DNA of 37,071 nt from Nemertoderma westbladi (Eukaryota > Animalia > Xenacoelomorpha), in assembly GCA_032718475.1 (NCBI GenBank), contig JAUCBJ010008022.1, forward strand, positions 1-37,071, given 5' to 3'. Each line of letters starts with the position of its first letter. Position 1 is the stretch's first letter. Below are positions 36,623-37,071 of the stretch, one piece after another. A program made the position numbers and the translations under genes. The notes beneath the pieces are model-generated. The model saw nothing but the letters and a program-made list of their open reading frames with translations, was not told the origin of the DNA and searched no databases.

Positions 36623-36851
36623 TTAGGGGATCTGAGCGCAACCAACATTACAGATTATTGCTTCATTTCAGTTATGTAGTTTTAGGTGTAAACTAACTAC
36701 ATAATATTATAACCAAGCCATTATAGTAATCAACAAAAGCAATTAAAATAGATTGGTTAATCGTGGTTAATCGAAAACTATTGGCAATAATTTATTAGTA
36801 AAATTATTATATTATATGCAAATTGTAAAAACATAAAACTATATATCTATA

Positions 36852-36995
36852 AGCGGCCATCCTTAAATAATGAATCGTAAGTGAGGAAGGGGGCTTAACA
36901 TATCGTGACAGATTGTGACATGGGGGGGGGGGGGGGGGGGTGGGGGGGGGGGGGGGGGGTGGTCAAAAATACGTGACATAATAAAATGTACGTGT
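36852..36995. mobile_element. Degenerate Harbinger-like MITE with internal G-tract
   Basis: GGCCATCCTTAAATAA start, CGTGACA motifs and poly-G followed by GGTCAAAAAT. The right TIR is decayed. Confidence 0.35.
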
Positions 36996-37036
36996 CAAAC
37001 ATGCCAAGGATTACTGTACCCAATCTAAAAACTTTC

Positions 37037-37062
37037 AGTACTCTGCGTTGATACCACTGCTT
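37037..37062 (-). other. SMART / PacBio low-input amplification adapter (technical sequence)
   Basis: AGTACTCTGCGTTGATACCACTGCTT is the exact reverse complement of AAGCAGTGGTATCAACGCAGAGTACT, 9 nt from the window end. Confidence 0.97.
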
Positions 37063-37071
37063 TACCAACGT

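Overview
AT-rich eukaryotic (metazoan, probably invertebrate) genomic DNA; not prokaryotic. The main host gene is missed by the ORF track. It is the 3' part of a DDX3/PL10 DEAD-box helicase on the minus strand, with three exons that splice in frame (36565-36448, 21729-21573, 20408-20270). Its 14.7-kb intron holds two intact single-ORF genes facing away from each other: CCHCR1-like (-, same strand as DDX3) and a Patched-domain protein (+). Between them lie a ~310-bp inverted-repeat pair, a MITE and a 5'-truncated RTE LINE with a 15-bp TSD. The donor of that intron is followed by a 19-bp minisatellite built from copies of the splice donor itself. The left half is a transposon graveyard: an unidentified ORF running off the edge, a CRE-type LINE 3' end, a 36-bp satellite, a decayed P-element/THAP9-type transposase, and a full-length CR1/L2-group LINE (15-bp TSD, 2A-like peptide, one 4-bp frameshift). 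TA-flanked palindromes (TAGGCCTA, TACCGGTA) are strongly over-represented. The window ends in an untrimmed SMART/PacBio amplification adapter. Family calls come from motif recognition, not from database searches.
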